A stretch of 62,536 nt of DNA, the filler included, from Stramenopiles sp. TOSAG23-6 (lineage: Eukaryota): the NCBI GenBank assembly GCA_900128565.1. It is 11 parts of 11 records of this genome, joined end to end, with 100 filler letters (N's around TTAATTAATTAA, not from the genome) between each part and the next. Parts side by side here need not be neighbours in the genome. Positions count along the whole stretch, not along the records: positions 34,256 to 39,856 come from LT636874.1; positions 39,957 to 45,531 come from LT636875.1; positions 45,632 to 51,202 come from LT636876.1; 8 more parts are not named here. One strand, written 5' to 3'. The position numbers and the translations under genes were made by a program. The first letter of the stretch is position 1; each line of letters opens with the position of its first letter. A model generated the notes under the pieces. That model did no database searches. It was not told where the DNA came from and saw nothing but the letters and a program-made list of their open reading frames with translations. Of this stretch, positions 35,480 through 47,845 are shown piece by piece.

Positions 35480-37658
35480 TTAGCCAAATGCACGAACGAA
35501 ACTTCTCTTTATTGCATTATTCATCTCACGTCTTGAAGATGTCAGACAACTTGTTGCACTAGGTTTACTAAAATAGTACGATGATAAAAGAGCTTGGGTT
35601 CTAGGCAATAATGATTGAATTAACATATCTGCGAAATCATCATCCCATAAATTTGTAACCGCGCATAATAACACCCACAGACGCCATGCACTGGCTTTTT
35701 TATCTCGAGAATGCCATTTTTTTATTGAATTAGAAAAATACTTTTTAGAACGTTCAAGTTTCTTTTTTTTTTCCTTTTGGATTTCATTTTTTTGTGTTGT
35801 ACTAAATTCTGTACCTAAAGAATGTTCAAGTTTCTTGGAGACATTGCTCTGTCTATTATTTTCAGTATCAACATTTTTCTCTTTTGTAAGAACATCAGTT
35901 TTTGTTTTTTTCTCTATTTTTTTCTTTTTCTTGTTTTTCTTCTTTTTATTTTTGACATTACTCATTTTACCAAAGGTATCACAAACAATTTCATGCTCAA
36001 TATCACTCCAAAATAAAGGTCCAAGAGCCCAACCTTCGAGGACGGAAGCTAAAGGACGAAGTAACTTTTGAATTTCAAAAATAGTTTTTAACTTTTTTGA
36101 TACAATGGGTGAAATATCATAGCAAATGTTTTCACGTGAGAGAATCCAATTAGGACAGTTTAGATGATAATTTTCCATTTCGACAAAACTGGCACAAGAT
36201 TTTGTTTTTCCTGGTAAAAGTCCTTTTATATTACAACGCCACTCATTTTCACTACTTTCATCATCACTTTGAAAATTCGAAACTGAATCTCTATCAAATT
36301 TTGTACTTTTCTTTGTAATTAATCTTTTACGTTTTGTAGTGGATTTTGTAGATTTTGTAGATTTGCCTCGACAATGTTTTTTAGTGTTGTGAGAGTATTT
36401 CGTGTTTTCATCAATTGTATTGTTTTTTGTATTTCCACTTTTATCACTTTTTTTTGATATTTCGTTTGACAATTTTGAAAGTCGTTTCGTTGTTTCTTTA
36501 GACGCTGATTTACGAGCCTCGGCAACTAATTGAGATATACGACCAATAGAAGGACCACTATAGGCATACAATGCAGCAAGAGCAAAGTCTGGGCCATTTG
36601 ACAAATGATTTGTGTTTTTTATAAATTTAGGTTTTAAGTGAATATCTTCTTTTAACAGATTATTATTATTCTGTTTTTTTGATGACGTCAACAAAAAGCC
36701 TTCATTGTGCTTTCCCATGTCATGTATTTTGGAAAAATATATCAAAAAAAATCTAAAAAAAATGTTAGGTACAAAATGTCGTACGAAAAACAAATTCGAT
36801 TTTTTTGTAAAAAAAAAAAATAAAACATACATGTATAGCAATCCATCCAAACAATTGGCCAATATCCATACTATCCTCTTCTATTTCCTTCCCAACTAGA
36901 ATGGCACAAACACGACCATTCAAAGCAAAACCTTCTTCCTCAATGTTAGACAGAAGAAAATTACTATACAACGATTTAACCTCTTTTTGAGGTTTCTTTA
37001 AAATACTGAGTGTTTTACTTCCAATAAAATGTGAAGCTATTAGAGAACGATCTCTCATACTACGATTTTTGCAGCACACGCGTAGTAAAGTACATACTTG
37101 GGATTCAACCATTGGCAAATCTGTCAAAGGCAATTTCCCCAAGACACAAACGTCAGTACGCCACTCTTGCGGTAAAACAAAATGGCGTTGCCAATATTGT
37201 GAACATGCACATACTATTGCTTGTGCGACAACGGAAGGGATGTCCAGTGAAAACACACACGATATAAGTCGACCTACTAATATAGCCCAGTCTGTAGAGG
37301 AATGACTAGCGCATTCAAAAAACTCGTTGAAAATTTTATCAGCATAAGACCAAGCTCCATCATGTGTACTTGAACTAATATGGCACCGATTGCAAATGGA
37401 TTCGAATAAGTTGCGAATATCACTATGTATATCGCGAGAAACAGCAATAATCGAAAATCTTTCATTCAATCGTAAATATGTGACAACACGTGGTAAAACT
37501 GATTTAAATTTCAATGATATATCGTTTTGACTCGACGTTGAAGCTCTATCATTCCGGCTGCGCTTAGATGTTGGTTCCAGCTTTCTGCATTCACCAGAGC
37601 GCTTCAGACGTTTCCATGTACTCTGCCTTTTCATCGGAGATGGATTATGATCAGGCAT
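35480..37658 (-). CDS. Hypothetical protein, possible F-box-like N-terminus; 2 exons
   Basis: Two long ORFs joined by intron 36722-36830; LP.V..YL.L.ER.....VSR pattern. Confidence 0.7.
36722..36830 (-). other. GT-AT intron
   Basis: CAT|GTATGTTTT...CAAAATACAT|GAC. Confidence 0.9.
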
Positions 37659-38018
37659 TGCTACGTCTTATAACATCTGCTATATAATTCCTTGCGTCGG
37701 CTTTCACCATGCCAGTTTGCCAAAATGAAAACGATGATTGAGTGATACCTGACGACTTTTTCTTATCGTTTTGTCATGACGCATGTCAATGTCAATCAAA
37801 TCAACGCAAGCTAGACAGGTTTGTCGGTCGAAATTTTTGAGATATTTCACCTAATGTGACCGCGGTTCAGTTTGACTGTTCAGAACTTCAGCTTGTTGAC
37901 ATCACGTCATTCAAAGGCTGCTCTGCTACCCTTTGGCCTTTGCGTCATTTTACTAGCATTACACCGCTCGCACGATTGAGACGATTGCGTTTATTCTGTT
38001 ATATTGACACAACGTAAA

Positions 38019-39769
38019 ATGTTGATTAACCCTAATGAATATCGGAGATATGATTCCTTTGATGACCACAACAACAATAATTGTAGCATCGTGGAGGATA
38101 CTGTGACATCCTTGTCACCAAATTCCTTTGATGAAGACCACAACAACAATAATTGTAGCATTGTGGAGGATACTGTGACATCTTTGTCACCAAATCCTGT
38201 TGATCCTGGGAGGGGTTCTTCTGTTGAACTATATTTAGATGAAGTTGCTGAATTTCTACAAGCTTATTATGGAGGTAAATATGCTAATACTACGTATATC
38301 ACCGATGACGTTTTAGTGAAACCCGATGGTCCTTCTCTCGAAGCTATGTTAGTAAATGATAAAGCGAAACGCTTTCAGTTTTTGTGGGCAGGTGATTTAC
38401 AGTTTGTGAAGTTACGAGGAGTCAAATTTCCTGAGTATTCCCAAGAAGTGGAGTCATATTTGTTTAAAATTGAAAAGGCATTTCGTCAAAATGGAAATGC
38501 TTCCATCAATTCTTCTCAACTTAATGGTGGTCCGCTTGGCATACACAAACCACAAGACTGTGATATTCCACTTCAAGAAATGTTGGTGAATGATCCTCAA
38601 CAACGTTTTAAGATTACAAGAAAGGGAGTCAAGGGTCTCTTTGTGCGTTTAGTATCTAGAAATAATAGTCCAAATGAAAAGAAAACCTCTACCACGAAAA
38701 GGGCCACATTATCCCCCAAAGAAGCTAATTCACCCATAGTAAAGGAATATTTGATAAAAATTGTAAAATTCATAAAGCTAAGAACGAGTCAGGGGAAGGA
38801 TAAGGCTGGATTTATCAACACATCAACATTTAATGATCCCAATGCATGTTTTATTTTTTTTTGAATTTCGAATTTATTTTTCATACGAAATTTTTGTACC
38901 TAACGAATTTTTTTTTGAAATATTTTTTCAAAATACATTTTAACCTGAGTAAACCCAATTTAAATCCCCATGTGTCAGTAAGAGCTCTGCTTCTTTCTGA
39001 CAAATATCAGCGATTTGAAGTTCAAAGATTTGGTTCTGTGGATTTCGCACGATTAGTTAATAGACCGTGTACGTTTTCATCATGAATTTAAAATTGTTTT
39101 CATACGAAATTTTGTACCTAAGCAAAAAATATTTTTTTTTGAGTTTTTTATTTGATACGTTTACCTAATTGTTTTTTATCCTTATGCTATGATTTTCGTG
39201 CCTAACAAATTTCAAATTTGACATATATTTTCGCGCACATTTTATCCAAAATCTTCCCCGCTACATTCTTCAGGTGGGGACCCAAGGGAGAAGTCTTTAG
39301 ATGATGATGAAATTCATGTACGTTTTATTTTTTTTTTTCAAAAAAATCGAATTATTTTTCGTACGAAATTTTGTACCTAACAAATTTTTTAAGATTTTTT
39401 TTGAAATATTTTTCCAAATTTCATACTAGACCTGAAATAAAACAATATCTAGCCAAAGTTGAAAAATTCATCGAGGAAGCTCCCAAAAGATATGGAGGCT
39501 ACGTTGATACATCTAAATTTAATATGCCCCTTCACGGGCTTATTAAACCTAGATTTTGTAAACAAAATGTCAAAACTCTTTTATTGTCAGATCCTCAAAA
39601 TAGATTTGTGATGAAAAAAATAGGCTCTGTTAATTTTGCAAAATTATCTGGACATTTGAAAATACAAAAAACAGAGAATTTCGTCCAAGATTCAAATTCT
39701 CTACAACCGTGCCCCGAAGAAATATCAAAATATTTGTTAAAGGTTACAAATATTTTGTCTACAGAATAT
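38019..39769 (+). CDS. Hypothetical protein with ~5 repeats of a ~70-aa domain; at least 4 exons, 3' truncated
   Basis: Repeat YL.K...F....G....S....P...L.KP......LL..D...RF.....G...F..L. Confidence 0.75.
38844..38938 (+). other. GC-AT intron
   Basis: AAT|GCATGTTTT...CAAAATACAT|TTT AAC. Confidence 0.85.
39069..39240 (+). other. GT-AT intron with several branch-motif copies
   Basis: CCG T|GTACGTTTT...GCGCACAT|TT TAT; frame-consistent with the next 77-nt exon. Confidence 0.75.
39318..39424 (+). other. GT-AT intron
   Basis: CAT|GTACGTTTT...CAAATTTCAT|ACT. Confidence 0.85.
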
Positions 39770-39980
39770 GTATGTTTTAATTTTTTTTCAAATTCGTTTT
39801 CTTTTTTTCGTACGAAATTTTGTACCTAACGATTTTTTTTTGAAATATTTTTCCAANNNNNNNNNNNNNNNNNNNNNNNNNNNNNNNNNNNNNNNNNNNN
39901 TTAATTAATTAANNNNNNNNNNNNNNNNNNNNNNNNNNNNNNNNNNNNNNNNNNNNAAAAAAAAAATTTTTAAAAAAAAA

Positions 39981-40014
<34 letters not shown>

Positions 40015-40035
40015 TGATTGATAAAAAAAACCTAC

Positions 40036-40729
40036 GGTAAATTTTCATGCTGGTAAAAAGTTTCTCCTAATAATATAGAGCAATTATCACATCGAAAGCA
40101 TTGCTTATGCCACTTTTTATTTAATGCAGTTATTATTGTACAAGTAATTGGTAATTGACAACTACAACAAGTAGAGGTACGAAGATTCACTATAGAGTTA
40201 CTATTACATGTATTGGAAAAAATATTTTTTTTTTTTTGGTGTAAAAAAAATCGTTAGGTACGAAATTTCGTATAAAAAATATTTTTTGCGAAATTAATAA
40301 TACAAACGTACTTGGATGATATATTTTCGAGTATGGTTCTGGTCTCCTTGCAAATGGCTTTTGTGTGTTTTTGTATTGTTTTGGAATAATTGAATATGGT
40401 TCTGGAGTCCTTGGAGTATTTTCATATCGTCTACTTGCATTCTGTAGAGCAATATTGATGGGTGTTTCTAAAGTGTTTTTTGTGTTTTTTTTATATTTTT
40501 GTAATTCTTCAAGTCTACATAAAAGCTGTAATTGTATTTCTGTATTTAGCAGAAGAGCAACAAGATCTTTTTTTTCAATACAATTGCTAGTATTAGCTGA
40601 TGCTACATGTAAAAGAGTTTTTAATGTCTTGACGGGTAAATTTGATACACGTTGCTTCGAACGAAGTATTTCAGGTAATTCTAGAAGTGTTTCTTTTTCA
40701 AAATGGCTAATTGACGCAGCGGCCCCCAT
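40036..40729 (-). CDS. LIM-domain protein with possible N-myristoylation start (MGAAAS); 3' truncated
   Basis: Exon 2 (40207-40036) encodes CCSC...ALNKKWHKQCFRCDNC. Confidence 0.8.
40208..40311 (-). other. GT-AT intron (LIM gene)
   Basis: CCA A|GTACGTTT...CCAATACAT|GT AAT. Confidence 0.85.
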
Positions 40730-41474
40730 TGATTTTTTCTATTACTTATTATTCGTGGTTTTTGTACATAACTACGAATGCAGTCCTACTTATCAATGGC
40801 ATCTTTCGTAAAATATGATACAATCTCAAATTAGATCTCACTCACACTTGTAAGTGGTGTCGCTTTACTACTATAAAAAAGTGAGTTTTGACCTGTGCTG
40901 ATCGATCGGTACGAGTAGTATCGTATATCCGACAGTTTCATTTCGAATGATGCCGATACCCGGTACTTGAAGAAATTTATTACATTACAATTTAATCGGG
41001 TAGTAAAGAAAAAAATATTGATGGTGTGATGCTTTACATGATGGCGAAAACAAAGAAAAAACATAAAAAGAATGACATTTTTAAAATAAACCAAGTTTTT
41101 CTTTTTAAAATTTGTTCATTTGTAAAAAAAGTGATTTTTTTTTTTAAATTTGTTCATTTGTAAAAAAAGTGATTTTTTTTTTTAAAGTTTGTTCATTTGT
41201 TCATTTGTATAATTGGATAGTATATATAGTAAAAAAAAGTGCTTACCCCTAGTACTGGTACTGACGATATCCTTTTCACCTGTAAGACCTGTAACGGGGG
41301 AACATCAGAACTCTGCTTCTTAAACCCTCTCAACTTCATCTTGGTCATGCCATTTCTAATAGTACTACTAATAGTACTACTAATACCAATAATAATAGTT
41401 GTCATTCCATTGTACGAGGTACTTTTCTTAATTCTGATGGTATAATAGAAAAAAATGGATATTGTATTACACAT

Positions 41475-42115
41475 TTGGTTCACACAGTTTCAATGGTATC
41501 GATTATTGTTGGAGCAACTCATTTAAAAGCAAAACCTGGTCAAGAGAATGAAGATCGTCGTTTTGTTCAAATTAACCAATTATTAGAAAAAATATGTACA
41601 ATCACTAGTAAAGAGATGGAGAATAATACAGATGTAGCTATTATTTTGTGTGGTAAGTTTTCATTCTTTATTTTGATTTTTTTTTTTAACTTTTCAAATT
41701 TCATAATGTAAACATATTTTTCTCAAATTTCAAAAGTGTAAACATATTATTCACCAATACATGCGATTTCAACACAGATCCATTTGATATAATAGATAAA
41801 CACAAAGCACGTGTAATACCAGCTATAATTAGTCATACAGGCTTAGATGTATGTAAACATTCTTTACGAAGTGCATACCCTCTACCTACAATTGGTGATG
41901 AGGAATCGTATACAACATGGAAAATGCGCAAAGGTAAAGAATCTCGTCACGTTATTGATTATATATTTCATAGTAAAGAATTACAACCAGTACAATTTTT
42001 AAATGCGCCAATATCGAATGATGTTGCACCATCAAGATTACCCGGTATACAATATCCTTCCGATCATATTTCAATTATGGTACAGTTTCAAATGAGTCGT
42101 AACAAAAGTAAGTAA
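41475..42115 (+). CDS. EEP (nocturnin/CCR4-like) phosphatase-nuclease, C-terminal part; start uncertain
   Basis: THLKAK, CGDFN after splicing, YTTWK.R, IDYIF, YPSDH. Confidence 0.85.
41653..41762 (+). other. GT-AT intron lacking the family core motif
   Basis: TGT G|GTAAGT...CCAATACAT|GC GAT TTC AAC gives CGDFN. Confidence 0.9.
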
Positions 42116-43395
42116 TAAAAAAATCGTTAGGTACAAAATTTGGTACGAAAAAAAAATATATATTTGAAGTTGAAAAAAAAAAATACATTCGAAATTGAAA
42201 TGATTTGAGAGTATTGTTTATTTTATTTTTTAACAATTAAAGAATCGATTCTTTTTGATCTTCACTCATTCCTAACTAATACACTTAATCATAGAAATAT
42301 GCTAAAGTTCCCTGGAGAAAAGTAATCTGAAATCGACAATGTAAACCCAACACCGAATACTCAATATTACCAAACATGTGTAATATTAGGGTTAGGGTTT
42401 TTACAGAGAAAACAAGAAAAAAATAAAAACAAACGAGGAAACTCAATAGAAAAACAGTACTAAATTTCATAGATGTACGCCAAAGCTATTCTAAGTTCCA
42501 CCAGGGAAATCTGAAGAAACAACTCTCAAGGGCAAATCGAAGAACCGGAAGACGTTTCAGAACGAAACTAATCAAGTTGGTTAAACGCAATTTTAATATT
42601 CCATTCTTGTAACAAACTGTGAAGTAAAATGAAGAACGTATCCTTCAGCAACACAATTCTGACATAAGTATGGGAAGGTAACACAATGTGAAGATAACAC
42701 GATATACAGATATATCGATTACGTCACAAGAGGTGTGGAAAAGAAGGAAAGAAAAGAATAGTTGAAAGAAATATAACAATGAGCTGGAATTGAACCAGCT
42801 GTCGAAACAAAACTGTACAACACAAAAACATCATATTATTGTCATACATTTTTGAATAGATAGAAGCCATTCCCAAAGTAAAAGGTGTCGTGGAGACACG
42901 ACGTAGAGTAAGCTCCGTTGAGTTGACCACAGAAGGTAGCACGACGTCTACAATCTGTGGTTAATCGTATAACTTTGTTTACACAAACAACTAGATGGTT
43001 CAACTGACAAAGCTCAAGCTCATATCGAAATACAAACCTTCACAGCTATACAGCGTACCTCTAGTCTCGTCAATGAAGACGGCCACTCTCTGGCTCAGTG
43101 TGCGGAGACTTTCCCCCGCCCGAAGGCGGAAACGATTCTTACGTCGGTCTTGAACACACGCACGCAAACAAACGAGAGAAAACAAAAAGCCAAAGCGAAT
43201 GAATGGTGAAAAATAACACGAGTTTTTGGAAAAATCAACTGACTCGAAAATTGAGTTGACCGCGTCAAAAAGACTGTCAAAAACTTCATATCTTTTTGCT
43301 TCAAATTAAAATTGTTATATTATTCTGTCTACGTACGTACAAATTAAGAGTGTTTTCATATATACCATGAAACAAATTTGTGTATATTATCAATC

Positions 43396-45109
43396 ATGAG
43401 TACACAAAAGAGTGGAGATGGCAATGGTGATAGTCTCTCCGTCGTCCGTGTCAAGCCTATTGGCGTTGGGGCAGGTGGAGTTGAGAAGTCAGTCACTGGG
43501 ATCTTGGATGGGGAGGGGGCACTCCGTTACTCAAGCAAACCCCCTCAAGTATCAGTCGTCAAATCAAAGACTGCGAAAACGTTTAAGTATCCTGCACATG
43601 TAATCACTCCTGATATAGATAATGCATCACTCTATGATATCTTTATGCCTCGGCGTGTGCAAGCTTTTCTAGATGGAGTCAACGTCAATGTCTTGGCTTA
43701 TGGTCAAACAGGCACTGGAAAGACACACACAATGTTTGGTACACCAGGAATAATGGCAAAGGCAAGTGCTGGTACATTCGGATTAAATATTTCTCCAGAT
43801 TATGGTCTTTTTCCTCGTGCCATTATTGATATATTTCAACGAGTGAAACAGCGTGGTAATAAATTTGTACTTACAGCTTCTTCAGTGGAGCTTTCAATGA
43901 TTCTAGGTAACCGAGATTTATTGACTTCTAGAAAGGGATCCAAATTGACAGGTATGTGGCAATCTAGCTGTAATGGTATTACCCTTAACAGAGACACAAA
44001 GCCTCCACGTCTGGTTGGAATGTACATTTTCAAAATAGAATATTTTAATTAGATTTTTTTTTCGTACCAAATGGAAATCTAAAAGTTTCATACCTAACAA
44101 TTTTTTCATTTTTTTTTTAAATTTCACAATACATGAGGGAAGTTGAGTTAACTGATGAGTCGTCAATTCTTGAAATATTCAAAGGCTTATCAGAACGTTG
44201 TACTTCAGCAACGTCATTAAATGATACAAGTTCTCGTACTCATTGTTTTGTATGGTAAATATTTTACTACATTTTTTTTTCTACCAAAATTTGTACCTAC
44301 TAGTAATAGTAGTAAGTAACAAAAACAATTTTTACTAATTTTTTTTTTTGAAATATTTTCTCAAAGTACATGTTTGGCTTACACTAAGAGCTTTTGATTC
44401 AACAACAAAATGTGTCAAAACATCTCGGTTTCAATTTGTAGATTTAGCAGGAAGTGAACGAATAAAAGATGCACATAATACATATAATTACAAAGAGGCA
44501 GGTTTGGAAGGTATGACTGGTATGTTGACAAATTATAGTTTAACTATGTTGTCAGCGTGTGTAAGGGCTGTATTTTATCCGATTTTATCATGAATTTCAA
44601 AAAAAATCAATTTTAAATTTTGTATGAAACAAAAACAATTCACCAATTTCGAATTTTAAATATTTTTCACAATGTATGTAGTACAGGCAAAACAAAAGGG
44701 TAAAATGAAGAACTTTTCTTTCAGGTTATACATGTTTGATGTAGTCCTTCTTCTCTCAGAGTCAATGACAGGTGCAGCATTAACTACAGTGTTTGTATGT
44801 GTCTCCCAGGAACTAAATAGTGCCTCACAATCAGTCAATGCATTGGACTTTGGAAAAGAATTTAGTTGTCTTGCTATAAAAAGACCTCGTGTTGTTCATT
44901 CAAAGAAGATAAATAAGCTCATTCGAGATACTACAGCTCAATTACAAGTCGCTCAGATAGCAGTAGAAAAGAATATTCCAGAAAGATTCAAAAAAATACG
45001 AACTGGACAAATTACAGATGCAAAACAGACTTTATACTACTTGAAAAAGTTTGCTGATGATACTACTACAACAACAACAACTACTACTATAGAGTCGGCT
45101 TCTAAATAA
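43396..45109 (+). CDS. Divergent short kinesin motor protein; 4 exons
   Basis: AYGQTGTGKTHTM, NDTSSRTH, FVDLAGSER. Confidence 0.92.
44022..44134 (+). other. GT-AT intron (kinesin)
   Basis: GGA AT|GTACATTTT...CACAATACAT|G AGG. Confidence 0.88.
44250..44371 (+). other. GT-AT intron (kinesin)
   Basis: TTT|GTATGG...AAAGTACAT|GTT TGG. Confidence 0.85.
44570..44677 (+). other. GT-AT intron (kinesin); alternative in-frame donor at 44561
   Basis: GCT|GTATTTT...CACAATGTAT|GTA. Confidence 0.75.
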
Positions 45110-45232
45110 CATTTTTTCTTTGCTGATTTTGAAGTAGGGTAATGTATTTATAAAGAAAATGTAAATTAAAAAAAAATCATAATAATCATAAAAATCATAA
45201 TAATCATAAAAATCAAATAATTACGTGTTTTA

Positions 45233-45496
45233 TTACTTAATTATAAGTCTTTTCTTACGCGCGCCATGTTCATATTTATCACAATGAGTATCGTATAATT
45301 TTTGAAGAGCCGTAATGTATTCATTCTTCACTTTATTAATTTCATCTTTTGTTGGATTTTTAACTTTTTTAACAGTGATTGGGGCACCAACTACAGTGGT
45401 GATGTTACATTTTCGGGGAAGGAAATGTCGTACAAGTGGCATACTTAAACCAAATAAATTTTGAAATTTTTTCTTTATAGCTTCAATGTACTGACC
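45233..45496 (-). CDS. DGAT2/MOGAT family acyltransferase, last exon
   Basis: ITTVVGAPI.V.K..NPT..EI......YI.AL..LYD; preceded by an intron end TTTTTACAATACCT. Confidence 0.8.
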   Translation of the reverse strand, partial: GQYIEAIKKKFQNLFGLSMPLVRHFLPRKCNITTVVGAPITVKKVKNPTKDEINKVKNEYITALQKLYDTHCDKYEHGARKKRLIIK

Positions 45497-46316
45497 AGGT
45501 ATTGTAAAAAATATTTTTTTTTTTTTTTTTTNNNNNNNNNNNNNNNNNNNNNNNNNNNNNNNNNNNNNNNNNNNNTTAATTAATTAANNNNNNNNNNNNN
45601 NNNNNNNNNNNNNNNNNNNNNNNNNNNNNNNAGACTAAGTGGTAGCACATCCAAGATAGCTGTTACACGTAAAAATAACAAATCAATTCGGCGTACGCTT
45701 AACGAACGAGTACCTGTACTAGAAGAACCTGGTTGAACATCGTATTTTCCACGCAGTAAACTACAGAAACATGCCAGTAAATGCGACGCGACTTCGTTAG
45801 GAAATTGCGCAGCAAGGGACCGTATGTACAAAAAAGCAGATAAATCACTACTATGACATATATGTGGCAACTTTTTTTCTATCATAGTATACATTTGGTT
45901 ACTACAATGCGAAGAAATTATTTGCATATACGTATAACTCAAATGTACCCCAGGACATTAGGGTGTGAATATATTTTATATCAGTAGTACAGGTAATCAC
46001 ACGCCTCTATTAGCATAATATAGCTACTAACTAGTTTTTTTAAACATCGGCCAGACAGCGGTCAGACATCGCGAAATTCGGAAATTAGACACGTGGCGGT
46101 CAGTACGCGAGTCGCGACACAATTCTTTCTCTCTTTCTTCTTTGTTGTTACACTAACAAGTGTCTCAACAAGACTGTATTGCAGATTTGTTCTTGCTCTC
46201 CCCGCAAGAGCTTTTGTTATAACTAGCCTCTAGGTTGGTTAATAACAGCTTCATTCTCTTAGGAGTTTGGGATTGCCGCCCGGTTGGGTGCCCGACTCCT
46301 TGTATTCGAAAAAGAA

Positions 46317-47003
46317 ATGTCAAAAACTATCTTAATCCCAGCTTGCTGCTCAAAGTTAAGGTGTCCCTCTTGTTGCGTCACACAGAGGTCTATTACTTAC
46401 AAAAATGAGTATCAATCTGAGCCAAAAACATTTCAATTTTACAAACTAAATGAAAGCTTTGAGTTTAATCAACCACGCTCAAGCGAGAATAACCAAAACA
46501 GTGCGTCTCTCAACAAAATCGAAAGTTCCAAGAGGAATACAACTGGCATTGGTAAAATTTGCGGGGACTCTCTTGCTCTAATCTTGGCGGCACTTCCTAC
46601 CGCTTCACGTTTCTGTGCTCTACGTGTATCATCATTTTGGTATAAAACTGGAACATCTATACCAGATTGTTGGAAAACAGTTCGTTTACTCAACCCAAAG
46701 CTTAGGGATTCCGATCTGGTACGTGTGATTGGTTGGGCTCGAGACAGACTTGAATATCTTCAAGTTGGATGTGAAGAATACCCTTCATGGCCTCCTGGCG
46801 AATATGCTGGATGTGCTACGATCACTAGCAATCCATTGCAACTACTGAGAAAATGCCCTCGTTTGAAAGTTCTTAAGCTTAATTGTCCTGGAATATCGGA
46901 TAAAGATAAAGTTTTGAAAGAAATTAAAAAAAGAACAAATAGTTCAGGAATAGGTATTTTGTCCGTGCGGAAAATGCCAATTGGTGTATTCATCAGACGT
47001 TAA
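46317..47003 (+). CDS. F-box/LRR-like protein
   Basis: F-box-like L..IL..LP...R..A.RVS..W and LRR-like CPRLKVLKLNCPGISD. Confidence 0.55.
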   Translation: MSKTILIPACCSKLRCPSCCVTQRSITYKNEYQSEPKTFQFYKLNESFEFNQPRSSENNQNSASLNKIESSKRNTTGIGKICGDSLALILAALPTASRFCALRVSSFWYKTGTSIPDCWKTVRLLNPKLRDSDLVRVIGWARDRLEYLQVGCEEYPSWPPGEYAGCATITSNPLQLLRKCPRLKVLKLNCPGISDKDKVLKEIKKRTNSSGIGILSVRKMPIGVFIRR

Positions 47004-47157
47004 TGATTTTCACTACTATAGTATGTTATTTGCTTAAATGGATTGCTTCCCTATATTTTTACAGTATGTAATGCAAATATTTTCGAGTTTTCAACTTTTC
47101 AAACTTGGTAGCAATAACAATAAAACTAAATTTTCAATAATTTTAGTGCTCAAAATT

Positions 47158-47845
47158 TCATTTATTTATTTTTTCTGACCTCGTAACATGAAACGCGCCA
47201 ATATTGGGATATAAATCATGGATATGAGGTCTTTTTTGCTTATTAGTAAAATCATTATAACAAGATAAACATAAACAGAACTCATCGGGGCAAAACGGAC
47301 ACTCATATCTTGGCTGACCTTCTTCAATAACATAGGTACAGTTATCACAGAACCATTCTTCTTCATTGTTTATATTATTACAATTGATTTTTACACATTG
47401 TTGATTTTTACTATAGCCTTCTATGAGTTGAGTTTCTACGTTTTTACTTTTTTTTATTTTACTAGAGAGCAATTCTTTCGGCCAACATTCTTTCGGGAAT
47501 GAACTTTTAGAGNNNNNNNNNNNNNNNNNNNNNNNNNNNNNNNNNNNNNNNNNNNNNNNNNNNNNNNNNNNNNNNNNTTTTAAATGAAAACACATGCTCT
47601 TGAGTAAGTAGAGCGTCAGGAGCCCACGTCACGTTCATCGCTCTGTTTTTCTTTTTGACCTTTACTTGCAATTTCTTGGATTTCTTTGGCTTAGGAATTT
47701 CGACCATTTCTTCTAATTTGCGCTTATTACTTAAAGTAAGATTTTGTGCACTATTTGATTTTTTCTCCACCAATTTTACCACTGGTGTCTCTTCCTCTTC
47801 GTCACTACTACCATACGCTTGTACCAAGGAGAACGCGTTTTCCAT
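47158..47845 (-). CDS. Protein with C-terminal ZZ-type zinc finger; spans an assembly gap
   Basis: FCDNC...I....RYEC.FC..FCLCLSCY...H.H; N-terminal SLVQAYGSSDEEE. Confidence 0.6.
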
